Shown here: piece after piece, positions 20,641-31,203 of the stretch
Layout: each line of letters opens with the position of its first letter
Position numbering within the stretch: the first letter of the stretch is position 1
Virus record (IMG/VR): IMGVR_UViG_3300042569_003025
Location: 1 to 61,044 of that record
Length of the DNA stretch: 61,044 bases
Strand: one strand, 5' to 3'
DNA from: a virus
Taxonomy: Duplodnaviria > Caudoviricetes
Position numbers and translations under genes: made by a program
The notes under the pieces: model-generated
Databases searched by the model: none
The model's input: only the letters and a program-made list of their open reading frames with translations
What the model was told of the DNA's origin: nothing

Positions 20641-22398
20641 ATGCAAGATATAATTGAAGAAGGCAAACAGGAAAGTTCTGCTTTACTAAATAAAACTTTT
20701 GGAAATAATGAGATAGTAAAAACTGAAATATGGAAAATTGACCAAACTCCTTCAAAAGGAGATATTCCGTTTATAATTCGTTTTTTAAAAGAAGAGAATT
20801 CGGATTTAGATAATATCAAATCTTATTTTAGAAAGTATTATTTATTCAAAAATAGAAATTTAAAAGTTCAATCTCCGTTACAATTCCAAAATTTTTTATC
20901 GTGGTCTGAACATTTGGATCATATCGAAACGCTAAACACATTAAAAAAGTCATCTAAAGTTAGCGAAATACAATTTAGTGAACATGATGAGAATAAAATA
21001 GCAGAAGACGAAAATGTAATTATTTATAAATCAGAAAGCCAAAAGAATTGTGTAAAATATGGACATGGGTATTCCTTTTGTATTTCTCGTCCTTCTGGTG
21101 GTAATATGTATAATTCATATCGACTATCTAAACATTCCTCATTTTATTTTATATTCTTTAAAAAAATTCCCAAAAAAGATGTTCATCATATAATGGTGTT
21201 AGATAAAACTCAGCAAGGTTTTGAATGGACCTTTGCCGATAATCATACAAAATCTACAACATGGAATGATATAGTTAGCCAATTTCCGGTTTTACAAAAA
21301 TATGAAAATTTATTCATCAATAATCCGCTTTCAGAAACTGAAAAAGATATAATCAGAGCAGTCGAAAGATTCCGTCAGGATCAATCTTTGGAGAAATTCC
21401 AAACCTTTCCGGAAGATTACAAACAGCAAATTCTAAAATCAGGAATTACTTTAATAGATGATATTTATGTGTATTTAGAAAGTAATAAATTATGGAACTT
21501 GATAAATGAATATGTTAGTGTTGGACCAAACCTAACGCCTCTCCAAGTAGATTCGATCAGAAATAAAGGAGGAAGTATATTAACGAATTATTTAAAAAAT
21601 AGAGAACAAAGTATTCTTGACTTGATGAGGGAACATCAATATCAGTTTAATATCCTAGATAAGAACAATACTACTATTCAAAAAATACATAAACAGAGTT
21701 ATGAAAGAGCATATAAATTAATAGCAGATGCAATAGAAGACGAGCATAAAGTTATACAATTAACTGGATGTAAATATTTATTCGAACTACCCGATAATAT
21801 TCCAGATACCGTTAATTATTTCGATTGTAGCTCATGCAATTTACTAACTTTGAAAAACTGTCCAAAGTATATACACGGGGGTGATTTGGGAAGTTTTAAT
21901 TGTAGCAGTAATAATTTGAAAAATCTGAATAATGGTCCAGAAGAAGTCCATGGTAGTTATATATGTAGGAATATGAATCTACCTTCTTTAGAAGGTATTG
22001 CAAAAATTATAGGAGATACATTAGATTGTTCCGATAACAGTTTAACTTCTTTAGTTGGATGTCCAAAATATTTAAACGAATTATATTGTCGTTCAAATCT
22101 TCTAACTAATTTAAAAGGTTCTGCAATATCTATAAATGGAGATTTTAATTGTAGCGATAATAAACTCACTTCTCTAGAAGGAATATCCGAGACAATCGGC
22201 GGGAAAATACTGCTTAGGGGCAATCCCATAATATTCACGAAGAGAGATATAAATACTGCAATGGAAGAAAGTAGAAAACGTAATATATTAAAATCCGAAA
22301 GTTTTCATTATTATTTTTATAATAAAGAGACTTTTGCAACTTTATTAGAACAACATAAAATAAAAAATAACTTGCATAAAATCCCAGAGATTGTATAA
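20641..22398 (+). CDS. leucine-rich-repeat protein with N-terminal 'C..YG...FCI' domain (putative head/injected protein)
   Basis: Repeats FNCSSNNLKNLNNGPEEV, LDCSDNSLTSLVGCP, FNCSDNKLTSLEGI. Confidence 0.75.
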   Translation: MQDIIEEGKQESSALLNKTFGNNEIVKTEIWKIDQTPSKGDIPFIIRFLKEENSDLDNIKSYFRKYYLFKNRNLKVQSPLQFQNFLSWSEHLDHIETLNTLKKSSKVSEIQFSEHDENKIAEDENVIIYKSESQKNCVKYGHGYSFCISRPSGGNMYNSYRLSKHSSFYFIFFKKIPKKDVHHIMVLDKTQQGFEWTFADNHTKSTTWNDIVSQFPVLQKYENLFINNPLSETEKDIIRAVERFRQDQSLEKFQTFPEDYKQQILKSGITLIDDIYVYLESNKLWNLINEYVSVGPNLTPLQVDSIRNKGGSILTNYLKNREQSILDLMREHQYQFNILDKNNTTIQKIHKQSYERAYKLIADAIEDEHKVIQLTGCKYLFELPDNIPDTVNYFDCSSCNLLTLKNCPKYIHGGDLGSFNCSSNNLKNLNNGPEEVHGSYICRNMNLPSLEGIAKIIGDTLDCSDNSLTSLVGCPKYLNELYCRSNLLTNLKGSAISINGDFNCSDNKLTSLEGISETIGGKILLRGNPIIFTKRDINTAMEESRKRNILKSESFHYYFYNKETFATLLEQHKIKNNLHKIPEIV

Positions 22399-22413
22399 TA
22401 CCTCTGCAAGAGG

Positions 22414-24321
22414 TTAATAACCTAATAAATTATATTTAAAATTATAATATTTCATAAAAGAATAATTTTCTTTTTTAATAGAAATATTATTATAAAATTT
22501 GTCAATTGTATGTTCTATTGCTTCTGACACTCTTTGGGTATAATATAAATTTAACCATTCTTTTTGTGAATTATCATTAATAGGAATTAATTGTATATCT
22601 ATTTCTAATAAGGGTTTATATCTATTATATCCTCGGTCAACGTTTTGTTTAACTTTTACATCTAATTTGTTGATAAATTCTTCTAGTTCACTGGAAGATA
22701 AGCGATCTATAATACTTGCATTGGTTTCTGGATTGTGTAAAAATGTGCTATTTTCATATTCAAAAGTTTTTTTCAACGTATTCTTGATTGAATTTTGTAA
22801 CTCTGATAATGACTCTTCACTAATTACCGGTGTGCTACCAAGCCATTCATCTTTTTTGAATAAATGTATTGAAGCAATTAAATTTTCCGCGAACGTCCAA
22901 CTTAAATCATAATAATGATCTCTAGGTTGTTGTTTAGAAATTTCTGATTTAAAATTATTAAAACTTTGTAAGAATAATAATGTATTTTTGGGAATTTTTG
23001 GAGTGTCCTCATCCTCATCTTCTTCATCATCAGTTTCATTAGAAAAGAAAAAGTTTTCAAAAACGTCATCTACTAATTTTTTTATTTCATCATTAAAATC
23101 TTTTGCTTCTGTTGCAACGGCACGAACCCAATCAATATAATTAGTATAAGATCCTCCATTAGAATCATAGCCGTTATCAGTTTCTCCATCATATGATGGA
23201 CTATTATCCGAGCCACTAAAACTTGCCCCATAGTCATTCACTTCAAAATTATAAAATTTATCGTCTACTTTTTCACTTATAATTTTTCCTAAATCAGTTT
23301 CCCAAAAATCTTCGTCTGTTTCCAAATATGGAAAATTCAAAAATCCATTTATAAATGCACTGATATATTCATCTGAATGATCTATGTGTACTCCGCTATA
23401 TAGAATCTTGTTATTAACATCATTTATAATTTCATCTCCTCGTTTAATATCTGCATCTGAGATGCCCCCTTTTGACGGATAATAATTATATTTGTCTTCA
23501 AACCATTCTTTTAAACCGTCGCTAATATCTTCTTCTACGTCTAAAGACCCTTCTCCATATGATTGTTTTTTTACTTTTGTAATATTTAATTCTCCAAGCA
23601 GTGTTAATATTTTTTCATGATATTTTTCAAGAGGGGTTGTGTTTGCTCTTCCGTATATTTGTGAACACATTTCATCGTCTTTATTCAACGATGCAGTAAT
23701 ATATGGTCTTCCTTGTCGATCTCTTAAAGAATATAATTTTTCTCCTTCACTTGCATTTCCGCAATGTCCCATAACATCTGCTTCATCACGGCAGTAACTC
23801 CTATTAAGATTTAACCAATAAAATCCATCTGGAAATTTGAAGATTACTTTTTCATGAGATTTTATTTCTAATGTTTTTGTATTATCTGCTTTTTTTGCTT
23901 GTTCTTCGTGATACTCGTCAGATTTTTGTTTAGCTTCGCTCCAAGAAAGATTAGCTATATTTGATTTATCAGTTCTTTCCGGATCATTTGCCCAATCCAT
24001 AATATATGCTAACTCATTTAATAAATCATTTGCATTTGCTAATGTTAGGGTATTAGGCTTAACCGGAAGTTTAGGTTTAACTGGATTCTCAAATAAATTT
24101 TCAATAACATTTTTAATAGCATTTAATCTTAACAAATAACTTTGATATTTTATATAATGATCATTAAGATATTGATTATCGTCAAAAAATGCGACATTTG
24201 CGACAAATCCTGAAAATTTGTTACTAACATCATGTGCCCAATCAGCTAATTCTTGGGGTAATCCTCTTTTAATTAATTGTGGACGTAAATCTTTTTCTAG
24301 TAAAATTTGAAAGTTGCTCAT
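22414..24321 (-). CDS. hypothetical protein with PcfJ-like domain (putative head/injected protein)
   Basis: 'FPDGFYWLNL...EADVMGHCG...LYSLRD...ITA...QIYGRAN..P...YH'; acidic C-terminal half. Confidence 0.55.
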   Translation of the reverse strand: MSNFQILLEKDLRPQLIKRGLPQELADWAHDVSNKFSGFVANVAFFDDNQYLNDHYIKYQSYLLRLNAIKNVIENLFENPVKPKLPVKPNTLTLANANDLLNELAYIMDWANDPERTDKSNIANLSWSEAKQKSDEYHEEQAKKADNTKTLEIKSHEKVIFKFPDGFYWLNLNRSYCRDEADVMGHCGNASEGEKLYSLRDRQGRPYITASLNKDDEMCSQIYGRANTTPLEKYHEKILTLLGELNITKVKKQSYGEGSLDVEEDISDGLKEWFEDKYNYYPSKGGISDADIKRGDEIINDVNNKILYSGVHIDHSDEYISAFINGFLNFPYLETDEDFWETDLGKIISEKVDDKFYNFEVNDYGASFSGSDNSPSYDGETDNGYDSNGGSYTNYIDWVRAVATEAKDFNDEIKKLVDDVFENFFFSNETDDEEDEDEDTPKIPKNTLLFLQSFNNFKSEISKQQPRDHYYDLSWTFAENLIASIHLFKKDEWLGSTPVISEESLSELQNSIKNTLKKTFEYENSTFLHNPETNASIIDRLSSSELEEFINKLDVKVKQNVDRGYNRYKPLLEIDIQLIPINDNSQKEWLNLYYTQRVSEAIEHTIDKFYNNISIKKENYSFMKYYNFKYNLLGY

Positions 24322-24326
24322 TCTTT

Positions 24327-24352
24327 TATTTAATTACTTATTCCAATAAATA
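24327..24352. promoter_or_regulatory. back-to-back late promoters (TAAATA-N5-ATG on both strands)
   Basis: Minus-strand TAAATA 24332-24327 precedes ATG 24321; plus-strand TAAATA 24347-24352 precedes ATG 24358. Confidence 0.7.
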
Positions 24353-24357
24353 AAGAT

Positions 24358-26268
24358 ATGAACTCTACGGCACCAGAAGGTTTTGGCAGCACTCACTTAA
24401 ATCCACGAATAACAACATATGCGGACTTAGTTTATAGAACTAAATCCTTACTCGGTTGGCCTAGTGCTCCTGTAGAAATTACTGACGAGCAATGGGCACA
24501 TATTATTGACAAAGCAGTAGAAGATTTTACAGAATTTGAAGGAAATCGTGAAGAAGAATATTTAGTTTTCTGCTCTAATTCTTATAAAAGAAGTTGCGGA
24601 GTTAAACTTGATGATTTAATAAATGTTGGTTGTAATCCACAACATTGTTATACAACAACAAGCATTGAAACTGTTACATCTAGTCGCTTAGAATGTCAAA
24701 CGATTGAAACTGCAAGTGCATACTTATCAGTTTCTCCTTTTGTTTATCCTTCATCATATGATTATTCTAATCCAAATAATTTAGAATTTTCTGGAGTTAG
24801 TGGCCAAAATTTCTATCTAACATTTGACTCGGAAAATCCATGGAATGCAATGGAAGTTTGTGCAGCAAATTGTATTACAATTAATCCGATCAATAGTGAA
24901 TATTATAAACTATCTTCAAACCCAAATTTATCAGGGGTTACTTTTGATTTCTCCACAAACCCGATTTTAATAAATGTATTATCTAGTGTTTCATATGACG
25001 TAGAAACTTATGGATTTTCTAATGTTCCGTTGTCTGCATTAGAAAATAGCATCTCAGCAATTCCAATTAGTTATTTTCCATTATCTGCATTTTATCCAGA
25101 AAATTCTTTTACAGTTCCAGCAGTGTCTGCATGTATTAATATTGGTGCTGGAAGAGGAATAGTTTTTCCTAATTGTAATACAAATTTAATTAGTTCTTGC
25201 GTACCACTTTCTGCACAATATGGATTATCTCCTTTAGAAACATCAGAATTATCAGTTTCATCAAGAGACGTTTCTCAACAAACGCATTTAAAATTATTTG
25301 GTGTTCCGTCTTGTACAACTGATGGATCAATTCCGTTGAATAGTAATGATGGAATTGTTGGAACCTTTACCTTATGCAATAGTGCATTTTCAACAAATGG
25401 ACCACTATTCTTAAAGAAAGTACAATTTTTCAAAGATTATAAACCTCCGGTAGAAATCTTATATTCTCAGAATTGTGAATGGGAAAACAATGGATTTACT
25501 TTTTCGCTTTATAACCCTTCTTTAGGGAATTGTGTACGAACAACGCCTGCACCTGTTCCTGTAAATGTAACATTCCAAAAATGTTCTACAATTACAGAAG
25601 TTGGAACAGTTACCACAATTTTAAGTAGTAACGTTGATCCATTTATTAATCGCAAAAGAAAAGTTCTTGGTGTTTTCAATGCAGACACTTCTAGCCAAGG
25701 AGGTTATTTTGGTGGAGGTGGCGATTTATTATTTAATTTTGATTATGCATTAATGGCAAATACTTTTGGTTATGATTTAATGGGCAATAGAAACATGCTT
25801 GGAAAACAAGGTTATGATTTATTAACATATCACATGGCACGTTCTTTTGTAGAACATTCCAAAAAGATTTTGAGATATGTTTCATATCAATTTAATCCAA
25901 AAACACAACTTTTGAAATTAATGCCTGAACCTGCAAACAGTACAACATTTGATTCAAGTTCATGCTGTTCAGGAGGTCAAACAATTAATCCAAGATCAAT
26001 GCAATGTTATATTGTTGGAGTTTATTTGGAACCACCTGTTGAACAAATATTAAGTTCGTATTGGATAAGAGAATATGTATTAGCCTTGGCTATGACAACT
26101 CTTGGTCGTATTCGTAATACTTTTGGTGGAGTAACATTATATGGTGGAGCAACTTTACAAGGTGCTGATTTGGTAGCAAAAGGTGAAGAAAAGCAAAAAG
26201 AATTGCTTGCAGAATTAAGAGATCAGTATCGTCATGGGAATTCTCCGCCCGGATTCTATGTCGGCTGA
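24358..26268 (+). CDS. neck protein (T4 gp13-like) with large Cys-rich insertion
   Basis: 'LGWPSAPVEITDEQ...IDKAVE.F' at the N-terminus; 'YQFNPKTQ.LKL...WIREYVLAL....LG.IR..FGGVTLYGGATL.G......G..EEL...PPGFYVG' at the C-terminus. Confidence 0.85.
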   Translation: MNSTAPEGFGSTHLNPRITTYADLVYRTKSLLGWPSAPVEITDEQWAHIIDKAVEDFTEFEGNREEEYLVFCSNSYKRSCGVKLDDLINVGCNPQHCYTTTSIETVTSSRLECQTIETASAYLSVSPFVYPSSYDYSNPNNLEFSGVSGQNFYLTFDSENPWNAMEVCAANCITINPINSEYYKLSSNPNLSGVTFDFSTNPILINVLSSVSYDVETYGFSNVPLSALENSISAIPISYFPLSAFYPENSFTVPAVSACINIGAGRGIVFPNCNTNLISSCVPLSAQYGLSPLETSELSVSSRDVSQQTHLKLFGVPSCTTDGSIPLNSNDGIVGTFTLCNSAFSTNGPLFLKKVQFFKDYKPPVEILYSQNCEWENNGFTFSLYNPSLGNCVRTTPAPVPVNVTFQKCSTITEVGTVTTILSSNVDPFINRKRKVLGVFNADTSSQGGYFGGGGDLLFNFDYALMANTFGYDLMGNRNMLGKQGYDLLTYHMARSFVEHSKKILRYVSYQFNPKTQLLKLMPEPANSTTFDSSSCCSGGQTINPRSMQCYIVGVYLEPPVEQILSSYWIREYVLALAMTTLGRIRNTFGGVTLYGGATLQGADLVAKGEEKQKELLAELRDQYRHGNSPPGFYVG

Positions 26269-26317
26269 ATGGTTATAATGCACTTGCAATGTTTTTCGTA
26301 GGAATCTAAATAATCGT

Positions 26318-27409
26318 ATGACACAATTTAAAATTCCTCCCAGAAATAGAACATTGAAAGAAGAACATATAATTCCTATAATTGAAATGTATAATAAAGG
26401 GAAATCTTTACCTGAAATAGCAAAATATTTGAACTTAAATAAATACCAACCTATTTCCAAATTTCTCGAATATAACAATATAAGATTGATAGATAATAGA
26501 ACAGAGTATTTTAATAAGAGACGTAAAACGGATAAATTAGATACAAATTTAATTCTATCACTAATAGATGAAAACAAAACCAGAAAGGAGATTGCGGAAA
26601 TTTGCAAGACATCTATACATGTAATTAAAAGATTCTTAAAAAGACATAATATTCGTATAGCAAAATATGAAATTAAAAAATATAAGGAAGAGTTAATTGA
26701 TCATAAAGATGATATAATTGAAATATACGAAAAATGTCGAAGATTAGAAATAGTTGCCGAAAAATTTAATTGTAGTCCAGACGCATTGAGAAATTTTTTC
26801 CGTTCGATTGAGTATAATTATAAAACTAATAATTATATTGATTTAAATGATCATTTAGAAATGATTACAAAATATTACTATATAGATAGTAAAAATTTGA
26901 CAGAAATAAGTAAAATATTTAACTGTTCTAGTATTAAAATCAGAGAATTTTTATTAAAATTGGGGTATAATTTACGTACAAAAAGGGAAGTCTTGATAGA
27001 ACGTAATAAGAGTGAAGAATTTCAGAGAAAAATTATAAGTAGCTCGGGTAAAAATAAAGATTATACCCTACCATCAGGTACTATAATAAAATTACGTGGT
27101 TATGAACCTAATTTTTTAGATTTTATTTTTAATAATAAATTATTAGATGAAACTGACATAATATATAAACCAGAAAGAATAATATATAATTATAATAACA
27201 AAGAACATTATTATTATCCTGATTTTTTTATTCCTAAATTAAATCTTATTGTCGAAACAAAATCTTCTTGGATTTTACAAAAACAAGGTGAAGACAAGAC
27301 TATTCAAAAAGAAAAAGCAGTCATAACCAAAGGATATAATTTTTTACTAATCATGGATAATAATTTTGATAAACTGAGGGATTATATCCAAGCTGAACCA
27401 ATTCTATAA
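26318..27409 (+). mobile_element. free-standing homing-type endonuclease (tandem HTH repeats plus C-terminal PD-(D/E)xK nuclease)
   Basis: Four HTH-like repeats (SLPEIAKYLN, RKEIAEICKTS, EIVAEKFNCS, TEISKIFNCS) and 'LRGYEP...HYYYPDFFIPKLNLIVETKS'. Confidence 0.75.
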
Positions 27410-27417
27410 ATATTCTT

Positions 27418-28575
27418 ATGACTAAAAAATTTAATAAATTCTTCGATTCAATAATCAGCAGTTTTAGAAATTCTCGACTTTTGTCAGAAGAATTTGATCC
27501 TGAAATGGGGAAAAATGTGACATTTTCTACTGATGAATTAATTGAATATGTCAATAGAATTATAAGACGAAAAAATGCAGGTCCAAAGGGATTGAAAGGC
27601 GACAATAAAAAGAAAACTGATTATGTGAAATTTCCACACTTACATTCTTCTATCATGAAAAGAGTAGTGATACAAACCACTGATGGGGTACAAGTAGATT
27701 TGAATAAATTCAGAGAGATTGTAACCAAAAGACCTGAAAAATTATTAAAACAGAATGAAAAAATGAAAAAGAGTAGCACAGATGATACTATATTTTTCAA
27801 TACTTCGTTACCTGCATTAAGAGGCTTAGTGGTTGATGAAGGTACGGGCGAATTTAAAATAGTAAATACTTGTCCTTCTGCGGCAGAGTGTCTTTTAAAG
27901 TGCTATGCTAAACATGGTTCATACATACTGTTTCCAGAGGTATCAATGAGTTATAATAGAATATTAAATTTTCTTTTTAATAATTCAAAAGGTTATGAAG
28001 AGAAATTGATAGGTGAAATTAAACAAGTGGTGAAAAATTTAGGAAATAATAAAAAAGCTCAAATTCGATGGAATGATTCTGGCGATTTACTTTCAAAAAA
28101 ATATTTTGATATTGTTATGAGAATTGTAAATGCAACTCCAGAAGCAGAACATTATATCTACACCAAAGAAGTTGCTATGATAAAAGCCTTTTCCAATCCT
28201 CCAAATAATGTTATATTCAATTTTTCTTTTGGCGGAAGAAAAGAACAAGAAAAATTAATAGATAGAGAAAAAGACAAATATTCCCAAATAGTTGATACAG
28301 AAAATGCGACAAAAGAACCTCTACTTAACGAAATAATTAAAAATAAATATATAGCTAGAAAAGATGAGAAATGGGTTTATAATAATATCGGTGCTACGAA
28401 AAAAATCATATCAACAAGATTTAATCTTAATGTAAAAAAATTACTAACTGTTGATGAATTAATAAAAACTCCTAAAGGGAAAAATGGAGAATATAATGTA
28501 ATTGTTCTACCTGGCGAATCAGATTTTCCTGCAAGTAGAAGAGATGTCAGGGGAACATTTTTGATGATTCATTAA
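27418..28575 (+). CDS. GP88-like protein (Cys-triad, radical-SAM-like)
   Basis: 'TCPSAAECLLKCYA', 'IRWNDSGDL', 'YIYTK', 'NFSFGG'. Confidence 0.7.
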   Translation: MTKKFNKFFDSIISSFRNSRLLSEEFDPEMGKNVTFSTDELIEYVNRIIRRKNAGPKGLKGDNKKKTDYVKFPHLHSSIMKRVVIQTTDGVQVDLNKFREIVTKRPEKLLKQNEKMKKSSTDDTIFFNTSLPALRGLVVDEGTGEFKIVNTCPSAAECLLKCYAKHGSYILFPEVSMSYNRILNFLFNNSKGYEEKLIGEIKQVVKNLGNNKKAQIRWNDSGDLLSKKYFDIVMRIVNATPEAEHYIYTKEVAMIKAFSNPPNNVIFNFSFGGRKEQEKLIDREKDKYSQIVDTENATKEPLLNEIIKNKYIARKDEKWVYNNIGATKKIISTRFNLNVKKLLTVDELIKTPKGKNGEYNVIVLPGESDFPASRRDVRGTFLMIH

Positions 28576-28583
28576 TTAAAAAT

Positions 28584-29471
28584 ATGACAGAAAAATTTGA
28601 TAAATTTATTTATAGGTTTTTATACGAGTCTTCAAATGACGAATATCTTGTTCTTGCAAGAGAACCAGAACAAAATCATAAAAAATTACAAGAAATTGTA
28701 AATGATGCAGCAAAATTAAAAGGTTACACTATTGGTCCAGTATATCATGGAACAACTACAGAGAAATTTACTATTTTTGATCCTGATGTCTATCTTAGTG
28801 ACAAAGATCAGTTATCTGGACCGGGTATAAATACCACCGACTCTATAGAGGAAGCGAAATTATATGGTTCGAGAATTATATCAGCATTTTTAAATATACA
28901 AAATCCTTTAATAATGTATAGAAATATTTATGAAAAAATGTCATCTTCCGAAATGGACGAAATAAATCAATCAAAAGAGTTAGATGTTGATTTAGTGATA
29001 AGAAGAATAATTAATGGTTATATCGAAGAGCATTCAATAACGCATCTTCAAATAAAAACCGAAAAAAGAAGTGATGTTGCTTTTATAAATAAATCAGTTG
29101 CAAAAAACCATAACATAGAAATAGGGAGAATTGATAAAAATATGGCAAGACAAATCGTAAATGCATTTTTATCAGAAACGGATGGAATCACTATACTTTC
29201 AGCAAAATTTGATGTAAAACGCGAATTAGTTAGCAGTTTTAGAGCGTCACAGCTTACTATAATAAAAATACTTAAAAGAAAAGGATACGATGGAGTACAA
29301 TATAAAGTACATGAACAAGATAAATGGCATACAGGTTTTAATTCAATACATAGAACTGTCTTCGATTCTTCTCAAATAAAATCTGCTGATATTGTAACAT
29401 ATGATGATAATGGAGATATAATCCCTTTGTCTCGGAGATTTGATTCGTCAGAAAAAGATATGAGATATTAA
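28584..29471 (+). CDS. ADP-ribosyltransferase-like (ART-PolyVal type) protein
   Basis: 'VYHGT...F.IFD...GPGI..T....A..YG...FLNIQNPL...GYDGV...VFDSSQIKSAD.VTYDDNG.IIPLS.RF....D.RY'. Confidence 0.65.
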   Translation: MTEKFDKFIYRFLYESSNDEYLVLAREPEQNHKKLQEIVNDAAKLKGYTIGPVYHGTTTEKFTIFDPDVYLSDKDQLSGPGINTTDSIEEAKLYGSRIISAFLNIQNPLIMYRNIYEKMSSSEMDEINQSKELDVDLVIRRIINGYIEEHSITHLQIKTEKRSDVAFINKSVAKNHNIEIGRIDKNMARQIVNAFLSETDGITILSAKFDVKRELVSSFRASQLTIIKILKRKGYDGVQYKVHEQDKWHTGFNSIHRTVFDSSQIKSADIVTYDDNGDIIPLSRRFDSSEKDMRY

Positions 29472-29479
29472 ATAATGTT

Positions 29480-29902
29480 ATGACAAATTTATTTGATCAA
29501 TATGTAGAAAGTATATTAGAATCAACAAGTTTTCTTGACTTGCCCGATTCTCCACCTTATGGTTTCTGGATTTCTCCGGGAGGTGATTTTTTTGTCGTGG
29601 GTCGGGAAAGACATGAACAGGTAGCAAAAGAAATAATTAAACAAAATCCTACATTAAAAGATGCATATAAACTTGAAAAACATAAATCATTTTATCATAT
29701 ATACTATTTTTTAACAAAGAGAAAATATATAAGAGTTGTAGAATCACCTTTTAATTCTAACAAAAAATATTATGCAGATTTGTTTGCATATGATCCCGAC
29801 AATGACAAAAATATTTCATTTGCACCAACCCACTCTTCATTAAAAACACTGAAAGATATCTCTAAATTTTATGGAGCAGAGTTAATTTTATTAAATGACT
29901 AA
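29480..29902 (+). CDS. hypothetical protein, paralog A
   Basis: 'LPDSPPYGFWISP.G.FF.V...H'; the first ~35 aa are nearly identical to the next ORF. Confidence 0.65.
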   Translation: MTNLFDQYVESILESTSFLDLPDSPPYGFWISPGGDFFVVGRERHEQVAKEIIKQNPTLKDAYKLEKHKSFYHIYYFLTKRKYIRVVESPFNSNKKYYADLFAYDPDNDKNISFAPTHSSLKTLKDISKFYGAELILLND

Positions 29903-29903
29903 T

Positions 29904-30314
29904 ATGACAAATTTATTTGACCAATACGTAGAAAGTATATTAGAATCGACAAGTTTTCTTGATTTACCAGATACTGCACCTTATGGTTTTTGGATTTCTC
30001 CAGAAGGAGAATTTTTCACGGTTGCACCACAAAGACACGGAATAGTTGCTAAAGAAATAATATCTTCTTCTCCAAGATTAATAGAAAAATTGGGAGTTCC
30101 TGATTTTAAATGTGATGCTATGGATAAATTAACTTCTGAAAAGTATATAAGAGTGGCAAAAATGTCTTCTAAAGAATATACAGCAGATGTGTTTTATTAT
30201 GCAAACGATGGCAAAAGCACCCCAATTCCATTCGAACCCACAAATAGTGCAAAAAGAACATTAAATGATATTGCAGAATTTTATAATATGCGTATAACTT
30301 ACATGAAACGATAA
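29904..30314 (+). CDS. hypothetical protein, paralog B
   Basis: Starts MTNLFDQYVESILESTSFLDLPD, like paralog A. Confidence 0.65.
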   Translation: MTNLFDQYVESILESTSFLDLPDTAPYGFWISPEGEFFTVAPQRHGIVAKEIISSSPRLIEKLGVPDFKCDAMDKLTSEKYIRVAKMSSKEYTADVFYYANDGKSTPIPFEPTNSAKRTLNDIAEFYNMRITYMKR

Positions 30315-30322
30315 ATAAAAGT

Positions 30323-30619
30323 ATGACAAGAGATTTTGATAATTTTGTAAATGAGGTAATTACAGAAAGATATAAAAGATGTAAAGGACCAACTCTTCCT
30401 GAATTATCAGATAATCCAAGATATGTTTTTAGTCGTTGTGCGCCGAATCCTTATACATCAGGATATAAAAGAGTTTATTACTTAAAAAGAGGTGAACCTC
30501 TTACAATGAAAAAATGTAAAACAAATCCAACATTTGGAACGGCTAAATATGAGGAATGTCGTTTGGCAAAATTGGCATATTTGAATAAAATAAAAAAATT
30601 AAGAAAGAAAAAGAAATGA
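30323..30619 (+). CDS. small basic Cys-containing protein
   Basis: 98 aa, Lys-rich, late motif upstream, shared N-terminal leader. Confidence 0.55.
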   Translation: MTRDFDNFVNEVITERYKRCKGPTLPELSDNPRYVFSRCAPNPYTSGYKRVYYLKRGEPLTMKKCKTNPTFGTAKYEECRLAKLAYLNKIKKLRKKKK

Positions 30620-31203
30620 CTAGAAATTTTGATCAAGTTTGTTTGATATTTTTAACTGAATCCTCTCATAACAATTGGAATCCTGAGCGATTTCATCGTG
30701 TAGTTCCAAGAGATTTATTCAATGAAGCAAAAATACTTGCAATGGTTGGTAAATTTGCCCAAGACGTTAATCAAGGTAAAATGCCGAGAGGATTCATCGG
30801 CAAACTAAATAAAAAATGGACAGTTGCGTTATCCGAAGATGGTTCGCTTTATATTTCGGGATTTAATTTAACATATAAAGGCAAAAGAGCCGATTTGACA
30901 ATGAATTACAATGCAGGAAAAATGTATCGGTTTCCTTTACAAATAACCGTAGAAAGTATGAATTTATGGAATGTCAGCGTTTATGAGGAAAATGGAGAAC
31001 TTGATTCTGATATGAATCAATTTGAAGAAGCGGCTTATCCTGGTAGAATTGACGTGCCCGATTGGTCATCAATTATCGAAGAGTTGAAAAGACTCGGTAG
31101 AATTGCTTTGAATGACACTTCAAATCTTGCTCCTAAAGATCCAACAAGAGGATTTGCGAATAATTTTGTTAATGGCAAAATTCGTAATATAATAAATAAG
31201 TAA
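30616..31203 (+). CDS. hypothetical phage protein ('RVVPRDLFNEAK' family)
   Basis: 195-aa ORF with the shared N-terminal leader; its start overlaps the upstream stop. Confidence 0.55.
   Translation: MTRNFDQVCLIFLTESSHNNWNPERFHRVVPRDLFNEAKILAMVGKFAQDVNQGKMPRGFIGKLNKKWTVALSEDGSLYISGFNLTYKGKRADLTMNYNAGKMYRFPLQITVESMNLWNVSVYEENGELDSDMNQFEEAAYPGRIDVPDWSSIIEELKRLGRIALNDTSNLAPKDPTRGFANNFVNGKIRNIINK

Noticed and set aside
24620-25640. Intein in the neck protein or portal insertions
   Set aside because: No block A/B/F/G motifs or terminal HN followed by C/S/T.
29480-30010. Diversity-generating retroelement TR/VR pair
   Set aside because: The duplicated segment is at gene 5' ends, differences are mostly synonymous and not adenine-specific, and no reverse transcriptase is in the window.
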